The position numbers and the translations under genes are program-made. This document shows positions 45,227 through 57,450 of a stretch of 58,704 nt of DNA, one piece after another; the stretch's first letter is position 1; each line of letters starts with the position of its first letter. The stretch is from Acidobacteriota bacterium. Lineage in GTDB: Bacteria; Acidobacteriota; Terriglobia; Bryobacterales; Bryobacteraceae. Where the stretch lies: assembly GCA_037439565.1 (NCBI GenBank), contig JBBIVT010000003.1:41583-100286 (forward strand), written 5' to 3'. Below the pieces are notes generated by a model, which saw only the letters and a list, made by a program, of their open reading frames with translations, had not been told where the DNA came from and made no database searches.

Positions 45227-45811
45227 ATGAGAGTCCTGGCCGCCTCCATTTCGTTTTCCTTCCTTGCAGCGGGCCCATGCCGGGCGGCCGAAATCGAGCT
45301 GCGCTTCGGCGCCCTGGAGCGCATCGTCTCGGAGCAGGTATTCACGCAGGATGGCCGCAAATACGTGCGCGGCGCGCCGTCCGCCAAGTGCCAGTTCGCC
45401 TATTTGGAAAAGCCGCGCATCGGAGCGGAGAACGGACTGCTCCGCGTACAGGCGCGATTCAGCGGACGAAGCGCGGTCGGCGTGCTCGGCGGTTGCGTCG
45501 GTCTGGGCGATTCCTTCGACTTGACGATGGCTGCCGCGCCCGTGGTTCGTAATGGAGGAATCGGATTTAAGGACGTGAGGATCACCACCGCCAAGGATTC
45601 GTTCTACATCCGGAGGGTGCGGGCAGCGCTGATGCGGGCGTTCTCCAGGGATGTGAAACTCGATGTGCAGGATCAGGCCCGCAAAATTCTGGAGCAGACG
45701 CGTGACGGAGCGTCCTACAAAGCCGGGCTGGAGTCCTTCGTTCTGAACGAAGTTCAAGTGAGACCGGACGCGCTGGTCCTGGTGGTGGACTTCCACCTCG
45801 TCGTACATTGA
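45227..45811 (+). CDS. Secreted hypothetical protein
   Basis: ATG at 45227 gives the signal peptide MRVLAASISFSFLAAGPCRA. An alternative ATG lies at 45212. I recognised no family. Confidence 0.5.
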   Translation: MRVLAASISFSFLAAGPCRAAEIELRFGALERIVSEQVFTQDGRKYVRGAPSAKCQFAYLEKPRIGAENGLLRVQARFSGRSAVGVLGGCVGLGDSFDLTMAAAPVVRNGGIGFKDVRITTAKDSFYIRRVRAALMRAFSRDVKLDVQDQARKILEQTRDGASYKAGLESFVLNEVQVRPDALVLVVDFHLVVH

Positions 45812-45822
45812 AGGAAGACTCC

Positions 45823-47127
45823 ATGCAGCCCGTGAATATTGGCCTCATCGGCCTCGGCAACGTCGGCGAAGGCACGCTGACCATCCTTACTGAAAATGCT
45901 GCCCACATTGAGGCGAAACTCGGCTTCCCGCTGCGCATCGCCGCGGTCTGCAGCCGCGGTGTAGCGAAAAAGAAGCTGCCGTCGGCGTTGGATGGCGCCT
46001 TGAAGACCGCGGATTGGCGTGACGTGGTGAGTCATCCAAGTGTCGACGTGGTGGTGGAGTTGATCGGCGGCACGACGACCGCGCGCGAAATCATCGACGC
46101 TGCCATCGCCAGGGGCAAGTCCGTGGTGACGGCCAACAAGGAGTTGATGGCCCTGGCCGGGGCGGAGTTGTGGAATCGCGCCATCGCCGCGCGCATCAAC
46201 CTGGCGATGGAGGCGAGCGTCGCCGGGGGCATTCCCATTCACGCTGTCCTGCGCGAGGGAATTTCCGGCGATCGCATCAACGCTCTCTACGGGATCCTGA
46301 ACGGCACCTGTAACTTCATTCTCACCGAGATTGAAGCCCGCGGCGCGTCGTTCGCCGACGTTCTGGCCGAGGCCCAGCGCGCCGGGTATGCGGAGGCCGA
46401 CCCGTCGGCCGATGTCGACGGTTTCGACGCGCGCTCCAAGCTGGCGATTCTCGCCGCGCTGGCCTTCGGGGAACAGATCAATCCGGCCGATATTTATACA
46501 GAAGGCATCCGGCGTATCACGCCGGTGGATTTTGAATACGCGCACCAGTTGCATCACACCATTCGTTTGATCTGCGCCGCCCGCCAGACTCCGGAGGGCC
46601 TGATCCTCTCCGTGCGGCCGTCTTTGATCCCCCAATCCACGATCCTGGCCAGCGTCCGCGGCGCCTACAACGCCGTTTGGGTGAGCGGACAATACGGCGC
46701 GGATACGTTTTACTACGGCCGCGGCGCGGGTCCCCATCCCACCGGCGTCGCCGTGGTCAGTGATCTGATGCGCGTGGCGCGGGAGATCCGCTCGGGCAGC
46801 CCGGAGCGCGTTTCTCCTTTCGCCCATGCGAGCCTCGGCGTCTATAAGCCCGTTCCGATCACGCTGAGCAAATCGGCGTACTATCTGCGCTTCCGCGTGG
46901 AGGACCGGCCGGGAATCATCGCGCAACTGGCCACGGCGCTGGCCGCTGAAGGCATCTCCATCGACGCCGTTCTTCAGTTGCCCAAAGCCGACTGGCGGGA
47001 TCTGCCTTTCGTCATCACCGTCGAGCCGGCCACGGAACAATCGATCCGCGCCGCCATCGCGCGCATGGCGGCGTTAAACTTCCTGATTGAACCGCCGCTG
47101 GCCATGCCCATGGAGCTTCCTTTATGA
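45823..47127 (+). CDS. hom: Homoserine dehydrogenase
   Basis: ATG at 45823 preceded by GAAGGAAG. NIGLIGLGNVGEG Rossmann motif, catalytic domain, and a C-terminal ACT domain (YYLRFRVEDRPGIIAQLATALA). Confidence 0.93.
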   Translation: MQPVNIGLIGLGNVGEGTLTILTENAAHIEAKLGFPLRIAAVCSRGVAKKKLPSALDGALKTADWRDVVSHPSVDVVVELIGGTTTAREIIDAAIARGKSVVTANKELMALAGAELWNRAIAARINLAMEASVAGGIPIHAVLREGISGDRINALYGILNGTCNFILTEIEARGASFADVLAEAQRAGYAEADPSADVDGFDARSKLAILAALAFGEQINPADIYTEGIRRITPVDFEYAHQLHHTIRLICAARQTPEGLILSVRPSLIPQSTILASVRGAYNAVWVSGQYGADTFYYGRGAGPHPTGVAVVSDLMRVAREIRSGSPERVSPFAHASLGVYKPVPITLSKSAYYLRFRVEDRPGIIAQLATALAAEGISIDAVLQLPKADWRDLPFVITVEPATEQSIRAAIARMAALNFLIEPPLAMPMELPL

Positions 47128-47759
47128 AACTTTTCGCTGCATTCCTCATCACGATCGGCGTATGGGCGCAGGTCGCCGATAACGCCAATAAAGGCTACAA
47201 GACGAAGGATGGACGGGACCGGGTCGCCGCCACTCTGGACGATCCCCATCGCGACGGCAAGCAGAAGCCCCGCGAGTTGATCGCCGCCATGCACATCAAG
47301 CCTGGGATGACCGTCGCCGACATTGGTACCGGAACCGGTTATATGCTCCCCTTTCTGAGCGCCGCGGTGGGAACCGGCGGAAAGGTGTTCGGTGAGGATA
47401 TTCAGGCCGATTTTCTGGACCGCGCGCGGGCGAAAAACGTTCCGAATACCGAGCTGATTCTCGGGACTGCGACGGATCCGAAACTGCCCCCCTCCTCGGT
47501 GGATATCGCGTTGGCGCTGGACGTGTATCATCACTTCGACTATCCGGAGAAAATGCTGGCGGCAATTCGAGGCGCTCTGAAGCCCGGCGCGCACCTCGTA
47601 ATTGTCGATTTCTACAAGTCGGCGAGCCCCTCTCCCGGCCACATCCGCGCCGAGCGCGACGAGGTGGCGGCGGAAGTCGAGCGCAACGGATTTCATCTGA
47701 TCGACAAACGCGACCATCTGCCGAAGACGCAGTATATGCTCACGTTCGAGAAAAACTGA
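47124..47759 (+). CDS. Class I SAM-dependent methyltransferase with an N-terminal signal/anchor
   Basis: ATGA overlap with hom. Motif I VADIGTGTGYM. LALDVYHHF. Confidence 0.8.
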   Translation: MKLFAAFLITIGVWAQVADNANKGYKTKDGRDRVAATLDDPHRDGKQKPRELIAAMHIKPGMTVADIGTGTGYMLPFLSAAVGTGGKVFGEDIQADFLDRARAKNVPNTELILGTATDPKLPPSSVDIALALDVYHHFDYPEKMLAAIRGALKPGAHLVIVDFYKSASPSPGHIRAERDEVAAEVERNGFHLIDKRDHLPKTQYMLTFEKN

Positions 47760-47763
47760 GCGC

Positions 47764-48210
47764 TTACAGTTCCAGCTCCAGAAATCGCGCGCCCGGCACT
47801 GGATTCACGCGGTATGGCTCAATATCCCGAAAGCCCAGAGACTGGTACATGCGCTGCGCATCCGCCATTTTCGGCAGCGTATCGAGCCTCATGCGCTTGT
47901 ATCCGATGACGCGTGCTTCCTCCATCAGCGCCTGCACCAGACGCCGCCCGAGCCCCGATCCGCGATGCTCCGGCCGGACGTAGAGCCGTTTCATTTCACA
48001 CACGTCCTCCCCGATAGGCCGCAGCGCGACGCAGCCGGCCCCTTCCGCGATCAGCAGCCTGCCGCGCGGCGGAGCGTAATCGCCGGGAAGCGCCGCGAGT
48101 TCCTTCTCAAAATCCTGGAAGCATAAATCCACTTCCAGCCACGCTTCGTACTCGCGCAGCATCCGCCGGATTTCGGCAAGATCGCCGGGTGTGGCTTCGC
48201 GGATCGTCAT
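47764..48210 (-). CDS. GNAT-family N-acetyltransferase
   Basis: The ATG at 48210 overlaps the ppx stop (ATGA). Acetyl-CoA motif VRPEHRGSGLGRRLVQALMEEA. Confidence 0.85.
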   Translation of the reverse strand: MTIREATPGDLAEIRRMLREYEAWLEVDLCFQDFEKELAALPGDYAPPRGRLLIAEGAGCVALRPIGEDVCEMKRLYVRPEHRGSGLGRRLVQALMEEARVIGYKRMRLDTLPKMADAQRMYQSLGFRDIEPYRVNPVPGARFLELEL

Positions 48211-49736
48211 GAGCGTTCGTAACTGACGGCCAGACTTCGCCCGTAAACCTGGCGGAATACATCGTCCACTCGTGACGCCGCCCACTCCGCCAGATCCGGT
48301 TCCCGCGGCGAGGCCAGCTTGACGGCAACCTGGTTGCCGGCGATTTCGCACGACGAAATTTCGACGTCCTGATCCCGGCTGCGATCCAGGTTGTCCGCTA
48401 ACCGAAGCACGGGAATCAGCAGCAGCAGGGCGCGTTTGTCGTCCGGCGCGAGAATCTGATATTCGGGATGCGCGGCGGAGGGCATGGCCTTGCGATGATA
48501 GCGGCAGAGCGTCGCGATAAAGACACGCTCGCGGTTGGTGAAGCCGCTGAAATCGACGTTGGACACAATGTAATACGCGTGTTTGTGATGGCCGGAGTCG
48601 TTGATATGGTGCCCTGTGTCGCAAAAGTAGCTCGCCGCTTCGAGCAACCGCCCGAAGGCGAGCGGCAACTCGTGGATCGGCTCCAGACGCGTGAACAGAG
48701 TCTGTGCGAACGACGCGACTTTGCGCGCGTGCGGCAGGACCACGCCGAACCGCGTCGCGACGCGCTCCACTTCCTTGCGCTGCTCGCGGCCCATGCGCGC
48801 CAATTCACCGCCCACTCCGCGCGCGGCCATATCTGCCAGAATTCCGTCGCGCACACCGGCCGCGCAGTAATAAACCGAGGATGCGTGGAAGCGCTCCAGA
48901 ATGCGCAGCAGCGTCCCGGCGCCGGCGACGATGATTTCCGCCCGCCTCGGCCCGATGCCGGCGATCTTGCGGCGCTGGGCGAGGTCGGATTCGGCAAGCC
49001 GCCGGTACAACTTGCGGATCTCCGCGGTGGAGGCGCGCAGCCGGTCTGCTTGATCGCGGCGGCTGCGCGAAACGCGATTCACCGCGCACACCACCGCCGA
49101 CGCCGTGGCCGACGTCGCGATGACGCGATCCCACTTTGTGCCCATTTTCTCGACCGCTGCGCCCAGCTTCTGGTCGACGAACTCGGCCATCTGGTGCAGC
49201 TCCCTGGGCGAAGGAGGATCGCCGCGGAGAAAAATCTGCTGCAGGCGGACCGCGCCCAGGGGCTTGGAGACCGCGTCCACTAACCGGTCGTCTTCGCCGG
49301 CGATGATTTCCGCGCTGCCTCCGCCGATGTCGACGATCAGGATGCGCTTGCCGGGTTGCGGCCAGCGGCTGATCACGCCCCGGTGAATCAGACGCGCCTC
49401 CTCGCGGCCGGATACGATTTCGACGGGCGTCCCCAGCGCGGACGAGGCCCGCGCCAGAAACTCCAGTTGATTGGACGCGTCGCGCACCGCGCTGGTGGCC
49501 ACCGCGCGCACACCCGCCACGTCCAGCCGCTTGTAGATGTCGGCCATCCGCGCCAGTACCCGGATCACTTCCTCCATCGCCTGTGCGCTGATGCGGCCGT
49601 CCCGGAATACGCTCTCGCCCAAACGCGTCACCACGCGCTCGGAAACCAGTTCGCGGACAGGCTCCCCTGGAGCAGCCTCGGCGGCGATCATCCGGGTGGA
49701 GTTGCTCCCAATATCGACGGCGGCGTAGCGAAGCAT
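48207..49736 (-). CDS. ppx: Ppx/GppA-family exopolyphosphatase
   Basis: ATG at 49736 gives MLRYAAVDIGSNSTRM. IVDIGGGSAEI. C-terminal HD-like domain (HHINDSGHHKHAYY). Confidence 0.9.
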   Translation of the reverse strand: MLRYAAVDIGSNSTRMIAAEAAPGEPVRELVSERVVTRLGESVFRDGRISAQAMEEVIRVLARMADIYKRLDVAGVRAVATSAVRDASNQLEFLARASSALGTPVEIVSGREEARLIHRGVISRWPQPGKRILIVDIGGGSAEIIAGEDDRLVDAVSKPLGAVRLQQIFLRGDPPSPRELHQMAEFVDQKLGAAVEKMGTKWDRVIATSATASAVVCAVNRVSRSRRDQADRLRASTAEIRKLYRRLAESDLAQRRKIAGIGPRRAEIIVAGAGTLLRILERFHASSVYYCAAGVRDGILADMAARGVGGELARMGREQRKEVERVATRFGVVLPHARKVASFAQTLFTRLEPIHELPLAFGRLLEAASYFCDTGHHINDSGHHKHAYYIVSNVDFSGFTNRERVFIATLCRYHRKAMPSAAHPEYQILAPDDKRALLLLIPVLRLADNLDRSRDQDVEISSCEIAGNQVAVKLASPREPDLAEWAASRVDDVFRQVYGRSLAVSYERS

Positions 49737-49743
49737 GGGTCCG

Positions 49744-50883
49744 CTATGCCAGACTCGCGCGCCGCACGTCGATCCTGGAATCGTCGAACTCGCCCAGGCC
49801 AAGCGCGCCCGCGAATTCGATGTGTTCCACCTGGCAGTTCAGATACGTGCTGAATTTATCCGGCTTCGCCAGCGCCAGCGGAGCCATCCCGGCCAGCGCC
49901 CGCTTCGCGTCAATCGCCTTCAATCCCGTTTTGTCAAGCGCCACCGGATCGGTGGCGAAGTACATTGTCTTGTGTTCCCACACGAACTGCGGACGCGCGG
50001 GCGGTCCGCCATGAAACGACGCCTTCACGCCGTCGCAGATATGCAGCGTGGCTTTCTCCCGCATCACCGGCAAACTCACCACCGACGGAATAAACACGCC
50101 GCAAGCGTTCTGCGTCGGCGTCAAATGGCTGCGATTCACGTTATTCACCATTCCGTGCGACATGTTTTTCAGGCAGATGGTCACGCCCGCGGACTGATGA
50201 TGCTTCAGCACGGGCAGGTTGATGAACTTGTTGATCTCTTTGGTCACCACCTTGGCCGCATAGCTGCGGCGGTAATGCGAGTCATTGGCGTTTTCGCCCG
50301 GCTTGATCAGGGCCATCTCCATGAACACGTCCGGATCGTAGCCGCCCATGTCCAGTTGGGTATTGTTGTACCCCTCCGACGAAGTGGTCCAGCGCACGCC
50401 CGGCGGAATCCACTTGTCGATGCCCCCGGCCAGAAACTCGTCCTTGTAGCGATTGAAGACGATCACGTCCCGCGCGCCGACACCGGCCTGCGCAAGCCCG
50501 TCCAGAACCTGCCGCAGCACCAGCGCATCGGAACACAGCTTCGGTCCTCCCACCGGACTCACCTTGATGCCCACCACGTCGCCCTTTTCGAACAGCGTGC
50601 GCCAGGCGTCGGTCCAGGAAGGCGCGCCGGTCAATTCCATCATGCCACGCGTCATTGTCTCCTTCACCGCGCCTGCTTGATACAGGCCTCCTTCGATGAT
50701 GTGCGCGTGCTCCACCGCGGCCACCCGGCCAGGCCAGCGGCCGGGCATGCCGCCCTTCGCCGCGGCTCGCGCGATCTGTGGCGCGGCGGCGGCCAGCACT
50801 GGCGCGAACGCGTTGCGAAGCACCCTGCGTCGCGTTTGGAGGAGGTCCATCCCAAGATCCGTCATGCCGATATTGTATGCCAT
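49744..50883 (-). CDS. DUF362 domain protein with a Tat-type signal
   Basis: TRRRVLRNAF twin-arginine motif. NLPVLKHHQSAGVTICLKNMSHG is typical of DUF362. The start could be 50883 or 50865. Confidence 0.7.
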   Translation of the reverse strand: MAYNIGMTDLGMDLLQTRRRVLRNAFAPVLAAAAPQIARAAAKGGMPGRWPGRVAAVEHAHIIEGGLYQAGAVKETMTRGMMELTGAPSWTDAWRTLFEKGDVVGIKVSPVGGPKLCSDALVLRQVLDGLAQAGVGARDVIVFNRYKDEFLAGGIDKWIPPGVRWTTSSEGYNNTQLDMGGYDPDVFMEMALIKPGENANDSHYRRSYAAKVVTKEINKFINLPVLKHHQSAGVTICLKNMSHGMVNNVNRSHLTPTQNACGVFIPSVVSLPVMREKATLHICDGVKASFHGGPPARPQFVWEHKTMYFATDPVALDKTGLKAIDAKRALAGMAPLALAKPDKFSTYLNCQVEHIEFAGALGLGEFDDSRIDVRRASLA

Positions 50884-50913
50884 CGCGCGTTGCGCTACTG
50901 TGAAGAAATCGCA

Positions 50914-51309
50914 ATGCGCTTTTTTAAGCAGCCGGCGCGGCCGCAGCAACTCGGAAGCCTGGAATCGCACGTCATGGAAACCGTTTGGTCGCACGGCGAC
51001 GCCAGCGTGCGCGACGTGGCCGAAAAGCTCAACCGGCCCCTGGCCTACACCACGGTGATGACCACCCTCGACCGTCTTTATAAAAAGGGTCTCCTCGACC
51101 GGCGCAAAGCGGACCGGGCGTTCGTCTATTCACCCCGCCTGACGCGTTCGGAGTGGGAGCGGCGGATCGTCGCGGACATGCTTCCGCGCGGCGGAGACCT
51201 GTTGATCTCCTGTTTGCTCGACGAGGTCGGCCGCGACGCGGCTCTTCTCGATGAATTGGAGCGGAAGATCAAGCTCAAGCGGGAAGAACTGGACGGGAGG
51301 AAATCGTGA
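50914..51309 (+). CDS. BlaI/MecI/CopY-family transcriptional repressor
   Basis: LGSLESHVMETVWSHGDASVRDVAEKLNRPLAYTTVMTTLDRLYKKGLLDRRK winged helix. This is the only real gene in the long track ORF 49735-51309. Confidence 0.85.
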   Translation: MRFFKQPARPQQLGSLESHVMETVWSHGDASVRDVAEKLNRPLAYTTVMTTLDRLYKKGLLDRRKADRAFVYSPRLTRSEWERRIVADMLPRGGDLLISCLLDEVGRDAALLDELERKIKLKREELDGRKS

Positions 51310-52193
51310 CCACATCCTATTCGCTCCGTCTGCTGTTTCTCGCCAGCGCTTCGTTCTTCCTGCTGCGATTCATCGCGGAGGCTCTCACTTCGTTCGCGGC
51401 ATCCGCCGCGATTCGCCGCGCCCAGCGCATGCGTCCGGACCGGGGCGCGCGCCTTCTGCTCGCCCTCCGGCTTCTGCCGGCCATTTTTTCTGCGTTTTTT
51501 GTGGCGATCCTTTGTGTCCCCAGCTATCTCCGCTTCGAGCCTCGATCGGCGCGGGAGGAAATCGGCGTGGTTTGTTCGGTGGCGGCTGGTCTTGGGTTCG
51601 CTTTCTTTTTTTCTGCCCTCTGGCGATCCGCGCACGCCTGGGTTCGCAGTGCCCGCTTCACCATTTCCGACGATGGAGGCATCGCTCTTGCCGGCATCGT
51701 TCGCTTCCGCGTGCTGATCTCGGCCCGCGCCCGACGCGAGTTGTCGGAGGCTCAACTGGACGCCGCTCTCCGGCATGAGGACGCCCATCGCCAATCGCGC
51801 GATAACTTCAAGCGCCTGCTCATCCTGCTAACGCCCGCGGTGTTTTCCGGATCGCGCGCGCTGGAGCGCGCCTGGGAGCGCTGCGCCGAATGGTCGGCCG
51901 ACGAACGGGCATCCGCGGGCGATCCGGCCCGCGCCCTCGCTCTCGCAGAGGCATTGGTGCGCGTCGCTCGCATGCAAACCGGAGCTCCTTCGTTGATCGC
52001 TACCCTCATCGATTCGGAAGAAGATTTGTGTGCTCGCGTCGACCGGCTTCTGAATGTCCAGGAATTCGCGCATCAGCCTCTTCCCGGCCCTTCGATTGCG
52101 GTCGCCGGAGCCGCCCTTGCCATGGCCTTGGCCGCCATAAATCCCTCCGCCCTGCGCATCGTGCACGGTCTGCTCGAGCGGCTGCTCGAATAA
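51306..52193 (+). CDS. M56-family (BlaR1-like) membrane metallopeptidase, short form without a sensor domain
   Basis: GTGA overlap with the repressor gene. About 4 TM. Zinc motif LRHEDAHRQSRDN (HExxH). Only 295 aa. Confidence 0.75.
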   Translation: MTTSYSLRLLFLASASFFLLRFIAEALTSFAASAAIRRAQRMRPDRGARLLLALRLLPAIFSAFFVAILCVPSYLRFEPRSAREEIGVVCSVAAGLGFAFFFSALWRSAHAWVRSARFTISDDGGIALAGIVRFRVLISARARRELSEAQLDAALRHEDAHRQSRDNFKRLLILLTPAVFSGSRALERAWERCAEWSADERASAGDPARALALAEALVRVARMQTGAPSLIATLIDSEEDLCARVDRLLNVQEFAHQPLPGPSIAVAGAALAMALAAINPSALRIVHGLLERLLE

Positions 52194-52239
52194 GCTTGCG
52201 CGCGATGCGCTCCGGCTGACACCACGACTTGGTGGTGCT

Positions 52240-53358
52240 ATGATGATTCCGATGCCCCTCGTCCCTCCCTACATCGAGAATCTGCGCCCCTACGAACCCG
52301 GCCGCAGCATCGACGAAGTGCGCCGGACGTATGGACTTACGCGGATTGCCAAGCTGGCGTCGAACGAGAATCCGCTGGGGCCCTCGCCCATGGCTCTGGC
52401 AGCCATTCAGGATAGCCTGGGCAAGCTCAATTTCTATCCCAACGGCGGCCTCGACCTGCGCGAGCGCCTGGCGGAAGAGTTCGACCTCAAAATCGAAAAC
52501 GTGATCGCCGGCAGTGGCTCGGATAGCATTATGTCCGGCATTATCCGCGCGTTCCTGTGCGACGACGATGAAGTGCTCACCACCGACGGCGCATTCATCG
52601 GCTTCCAGGTGCTGGCGCGCTCCCGCGGCGTGGCATACCGTACGGTCCCCTACCGCGACTGGCAGTACGATCTGCCCGCCTTGGCCGCGGCCATCACCGA
52701 TAAAACCAAGATCATCTACCTCGCCAATCCGAACAATCCCACCGGAACCATTTTCTCCAGGAGCGAGTTCGACGAATTTTATAAGCACGTTCCGGAGCGC
52801 GTGCTGATCATCCTCGATGAAGCGTATTTCGAGTACGCCAAGGACGCTCCCCGCTACCCGGATTCGATGCATTACCGCTACGATAATGTCATCACTCTGC
52901 GGACGTTTTCAAAAGTCTATGGCTTGGCTGGGCTGCGCGTGGGCTATGGATTCGCGCACGAAGAGTTAATCGGGAATCTCCTTAAAGTGAAGCTTCCCTT
53001 TGAGCCGGGCGAGCCGGCGCAGGCGGCGGCCATTGCCGCGCTCGGCGACAAGGAGTTCGTGCATCGCTCGCTCGAACGGAACGCCCGCGGGCTGCGGCTG
53101 ATAACGGAACGATTGCAGCAGATGGGGCTGGACGTGGTGCCTTCGCAGGCGAACTTCGTGATGCTGCCCCTGGAGAGTGCGGACGAGGCCAGATGGCTGG
53201 TCGAGGAACTGCTTTGCCGGGGCGTGATTGTGCGGCCTCTGGGCGCGTTCGGGCTTCCGCACTGCGTGCGCATTTCCACGGGAACCGACGAAGACAATCG
53301 AATGTTTCTGGACGCCATGGAAGCACTTTATTGCAAGGAGGGAGTATGCCGGCGATAG
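52240..53358 (+). CDS. hisC: Histidinol-phosphate/aromatic aminotransferase (class II PLP)
   Basis: LASNENPLGPSP, IYLANPNNPTG, PLP-lysine TFSKVYGLAGLRVGY. The neighbouring hppD suggests a tyrosine/aromatic role. Confidence 0.85.
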   Translation: MMIPMPLVPPYIENLRPYEPGRSIDEVRRTYGLTRIAKLASNENPLGPSPMALAAIQDSLGKLNFYPNGGLDLRERLAEEFDLKIENVIAGSGSDSIMSGIIRAFLCDDDEVLTTDGAFIGFQVLARSRGVAYRTVPYRDWQYDLPALAAAITDKTKIIYLANPNNPTGTIFSRSEFDEFYKHVPERVLIILDEAYFEYAKDAPRYPDSMHYRYDNVITLRTFSKVYGLAGLRVGYGFAHEELIGNLLKVKLPFEPGEPAQAAAIAALGDKEFVHRSLERNARGLRLITERLQQMGLDVVPSQANFVMLPLESADEARWLVEELLCRGVIVRPLGAFGLPHCVRISTGTDEDNRMFLDAMEALYCKEGVCRR

Positions 53359-54482
53359 ATCAACCTCGCAGCCAGCAGCCAGCCGCCAGCAAGGACTTTT
53401 TGCCGCTCAACGGCACGGATTTCGTCGAGTTTTATGTGGGCAACGCCAGGCAAGCCGCGCATTATTACCGCTCTGCCTTCGGCATGCAATGGACCGGCTA
53501 TTGCGGCCCCGAAACCGGCGTCCGCGATCACGCCTCCTACCTCCTGGAACAGGGGCAGATTCGCTTTGTGCTGACCACCGCTCTGCGCCCCGATCATCCG
53601 GTAGCCGGTCACGTCCATCGCCACGGCGACGCCGTGCGCGACATCGCGCTCTCCGTCGACGACGCAGACGCGGCGTTCCGGGAGACAGTGAAGCGGGGCG
53701 CGCGTCCCGCTCGGGAGCCGTTTACGCTGCGCGATGCCTCGGGTGAAGTGCGCATGGCGTCCATCGCGGCCTACGGCGATACGGTCCACACCTTCGTCGA
53801 ACGGCGGAATTACAAAGGACCGTTCCTGCCAGGCTTCATCGCGGTCACGGCCCAGGATACGGTTTCCCGGCCGGCCGGATTGAAGTACATCGACCATATG
53901 GTCGGCAACGTCGGCTGGAATCAGATGAACCAGTGGGTGCGCTTTTACGAAGACGTGATGGGCTTCAAGCTCTATCAAACCTTCGACGACAACGACATCT
54001 CCACGGAATACTCGGCGCTGATGTCCAAGGTAATGGCCAACGGCAACGGGCGTATCAAATTTCCCATCAACGAGCCGGCCGAAGGCCGCAGGAAGTCCCA
54101 GATCGAGGAATTCCTGGAGTTTTACGGCGGACCTGGCGTGCAGCACATCGCCATGGGCACCGGAAATATCGTCGAAACCGTGGCGCAGCTTCGCCACCAG
54201 GGCGTGGATTTCCTGAAAGTCCCCAGCTCCTACTACCGCGAACTCACCGCGCGTGTCGGCAAAATCGACGAGCCCCTCGATCGCCTGGAGGAACTTGGCA
54301 TCCTGGTCGACCGCGACGACGAAGGCTACATGCTGCAGGTCTTTACCCGCCCCGTGGAGGACCGCCCCACGTTGTTTTACGAAGTGATCCAGCGCAAAGG
54401 CAGCCGCAGCTTCGGCAAAGGCAATTTTAAGGCTCTTTTCGAGGCCATCGAGCGCGAACAAGCCCTGCGCGGGAACCTCTAA
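53346..54482 (+). CDS. hppD: 4-hydroxyphenylpyruvate dioxygenase
   Basis: ATG at 53346 (13-nt overlap with hisC). FVEFYVGNARQAAHYY, IDHMVGNV, GVQHIAMGT, FFEVIQR-like FYEVIQRKG...GNFKALFEAIEREQ. Confidence 0.93.
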   Translation: MPAIDQPRSQQPAASKDFLPLNGTDFVEFYVGNARQAAHYYRSAFGMQWTGYCGPETGVRDHASYLLEQGQIRFVLTTALRPDHPVAGHVHRHGDAVRDIALSVDDADAAFRETVKRGARPAREPFTLRDASGEVRMASIAAYGDTVHTFVERRNYKGPFLPGFIAVTAQDTVSRPAGLKYIDHMVGNVGWNQMNQWVRFYEDVMGFKLYQTFDDNDISTEYSALMSKVMANGNGRIKFPINEPAEGRRKSQIEEFLEFYGGPGVQHIAMGTGNIVETVAQLRHQGVDFLKVPSSYYRELTARVGKIDEPLDRLEELGILVDRDDEGYMLQVFTRPVEDRPTLFYEVIQRKGSRSFGKGNFKALFEAIEREQALRGNL

Positions 54483-54538
54483 CGTCTCTACGGAACGTTT
54501 CCTGGAACCTTTCCGAACCCGCGAGCGTATCCTCGCTT

Positions 54539-57007
<2,469 letters not shown>

Positions 57008-57036
57008 CAAGCCCCGCGACGCGCGGGCGAAAAGCG

Positions 57037-57070
57037 CAGCCCCGGCCCGTAAGGGCGGGGATAACCCTCG
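57037..57070 (+). repeat. Copy 1 of a 34-nt GC hairpin motif (M1), 30 nt after the permease stop
   Basis: cagccccggcccgtaagggcggggataaccctcg. ccccggccc/gggcgggg form an 8-bp stem with one bulge, closed by a GTAA (GNRA-type) loop. The motif recurs at 57270 and 57621. Confidence 0.8.
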
Positions 57071-57088
57071 CCCCGCCCCCCGAAAGGG

Positions 57089-57303
57089 ACGGCCTGAATC
57101 GAGCTCGCATTTTGGGTCAAGAAGAAATTCCTCGCCTGGCCGGGCACCCGCGCCCACCAGCAGTCGCGGCTCCAGGACCGGCCGCGCTTGTCCGTTTCCT
57201 GACGGTCACGATTCTGAACCGCCATGCGTCAGCATGCGGACACCTCATCCGGCCCACGCCGGGGAAGCACAGCCCCGGCCCGTAAGGGCGGGGATAACCC
57301 TCG
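57089..57303 (+). repeat. Tandem non-coding repeat, unit 1 (215 nt)
   Basis: Shares these blocks with unit 2: a 16/16 block acggcctgaatcgagc, a 47/49 block ctgacggtcacgattctgaaccgccatgcgtcagcatgcggacacctca, and a 53/56 block ending in the M1 hairpin. Confidence 0.85.
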
Positions 57304-57450
57304 GCCCGCTGGAGTGGTCCACGAAAACTCAGAAAATCCAGTCAGGATTAGCGCATAGCCCGATGCACATCCCGAGCAGTTCGCAAACATCGGGATCACG
57401 GCACTGACGCTGGACCTGCGCGCAAGCCAACAGAATTGAGCACGAAAAGC

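Noticed and set aside
49735-50913. 5' 393 codons of the 524-aa plus-strand ORF 49735-51309
   Set aside because: This part is antisense to a convincing DUF362 gene and is low-complexity. Only the last 131 codons, from the ATG at 50914, form a BlaI-type winged-helix repressor.
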